Source: Candidatus Nanoarchaeia archaeon
GTDB lineage: Bacteria; Patescibacteriota; Microgenomatia; Woykebacterales; RBG-16-39-9b
Reading direction: 5' to 3'
DNA: 46,101 nt
Assembly: GCA_036514715.1 (NCBI GenBank)
Contig: DATBWR010000011.1
Location: 1 to 46,101 of the forward strand
Shown: positions 45,308 to 46,101 of the stretch, piece by piece
Position numbering within the stretch: position 1 is the stretch's first letter
Layout of the letters: each line of letters starts with the position of its first letter
Translations under genes and position numbers: made by a program
The notes under the pieces: model-generated
Database searches by the model: none
What the model saw: the letters and a program-made list of their open reading frames with translations, nothing else
What the model was told of the DNA's origin: nothing

Positions 45308-45742
45308 ATGTTGCTTGAGATAATTACACCAGAGAAAAAAGTTTATAGCGGTGAAGCAGACCAAGTTTCCCTGCCAACTTCTGAAGGGGAGATCACTGTT
45401 TTACCCAACCATCTTCCGCTTGTCACCGAGATTAACCCCGGTGAAATCACCATAAAAGCAGCGGGAAAGATCCATCATTTAGTGACTGGAAAAGGCTTTG
45501 CAGAAGTGACGGCAAAGACAGTCTCTGTACTAACCAATCTGGCTGAAAGTGGCGGAGAACTTGACGAAAAGAGGATCGAAGAAGCTAAAAAAAGAGCTGA
45601 GGAAGCTTTGAAGGAAAAACATCTAATGAGCGAGGAAGAGTATGCCGCTACTGCCGCTGCTCTAGAACAGAGTTTAGCTCGATTAAGATTTGTCCGCAAA
45701 CACCACACTCGAGGTCGTATTTCTACTGAACAAGAAGCGTAA
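45308..45742 (+). CDS. atpC: ATP synthase epsilon
   Basis: LEIITPEK, GEITVLPNH.P, GFAEV, C-terminal helical hairpin. Confidence 0.95.
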   Translation: MLLEIITPEKKVYSGEADQVSLPTSEGEITVLPNHLPLVTEINPGEITIKAAGKIHHLVTGKGFAEVTAKTVSVLTNLAESGGELDEKRIEEAKKRAEEALKEKHLMSEEEYAATAAALEQSLARLRFVRKHHTRGRISTEQEA

Positions 45743-45818
45743 AAAAACTGGGTGGCCCTTTTCTTTCGAAACGAACCACCCAAGATGAACGGGGATTAGC
45801 TAAAGTTGTTTAGGAGGC

Positions 45819-46037
45819 TTAGGTTTGCAACTCCAAGATTTCCGCCTGGAAATTGCAGCCCCCGTAGTTACACCCGATTGAGCTGTCGTCGTTCTCGACG
45901 AGACAGTGAGTATGGGTACCGTTCATACCTGTCGCAAGCACCCTCAGCCGGCCTTCCTTTTCGGCCAGACTGAACCGTTTGTCAAGATCGAGCATCTGAC
46001 CAACGGTCATCGACTGACGGGACTTTGCCTGTGCCAA
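45819..46037 (-). CDS. Small hypothetical protein (72 aa) with His/Cys cluster
   Basis: Strong SD AAGGAGG before TTG; HTHC...C....C. Confidence 0.55.
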   Translation of the reverse strand: MAQAKSRQSMTVGQMLDLDKRFSLAEKEGRLRVLATGMNGTHTHCLVENDDSSIGCNYGGCNFQAEILELQT

Positions 46038-46101
46038 GATTAGCTCCCTCCTTACTTCTATACCCCAACGGGGTTTCTCTGGTAGCAGTGCGATATTATA
46101 C

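Overview
Gene-dense bacterial chromosomal window with no integrase, transposase or CRISPR array. Compact genes, mostly leaderless sigma70 promoters and the gene content suggest a Patescibacteria/CPR-type genome (inference). Contents in order: lysA (5' truncated) and a DapL-like aminotransferase; two ABC exporters; dgkA; yidC plus an SPFH protein; five tRNAs (Gly, Arg x2, His, Lys); lon; a six-gene minus-strand redox operon (VKOR, DsbA, two uncharacterised membrane proteins, FAD oxidoreductase, NDH-2) behind a CRP/FNR-like palindrome; secG; uvrC; a transglutaminase-like protein; a sensor kinase/receiver pair; uvrA, uvrB, lexA; an NRAMP-related transporter; rsmI; gpmI; and an F-type ATP synthase operon whose atpC is split off by two opposite-strand genes. 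The most striking unexplained signal is about 1.2 kb of helix-dense non-coding DNA inside the uvrA-uvrB-lexA cluster. It comprises a ~660-nt + strand element with its own promoter and terminator (29147-29806), plus two convergent ~270-nt structured elements (31893-32164 +, 32177-32443 -). Each lies back-to-back with the promoter of an SOS gene, and I could not match any of them by eye to a known RNA family. All structure calls are manual pairing, not computed folds.
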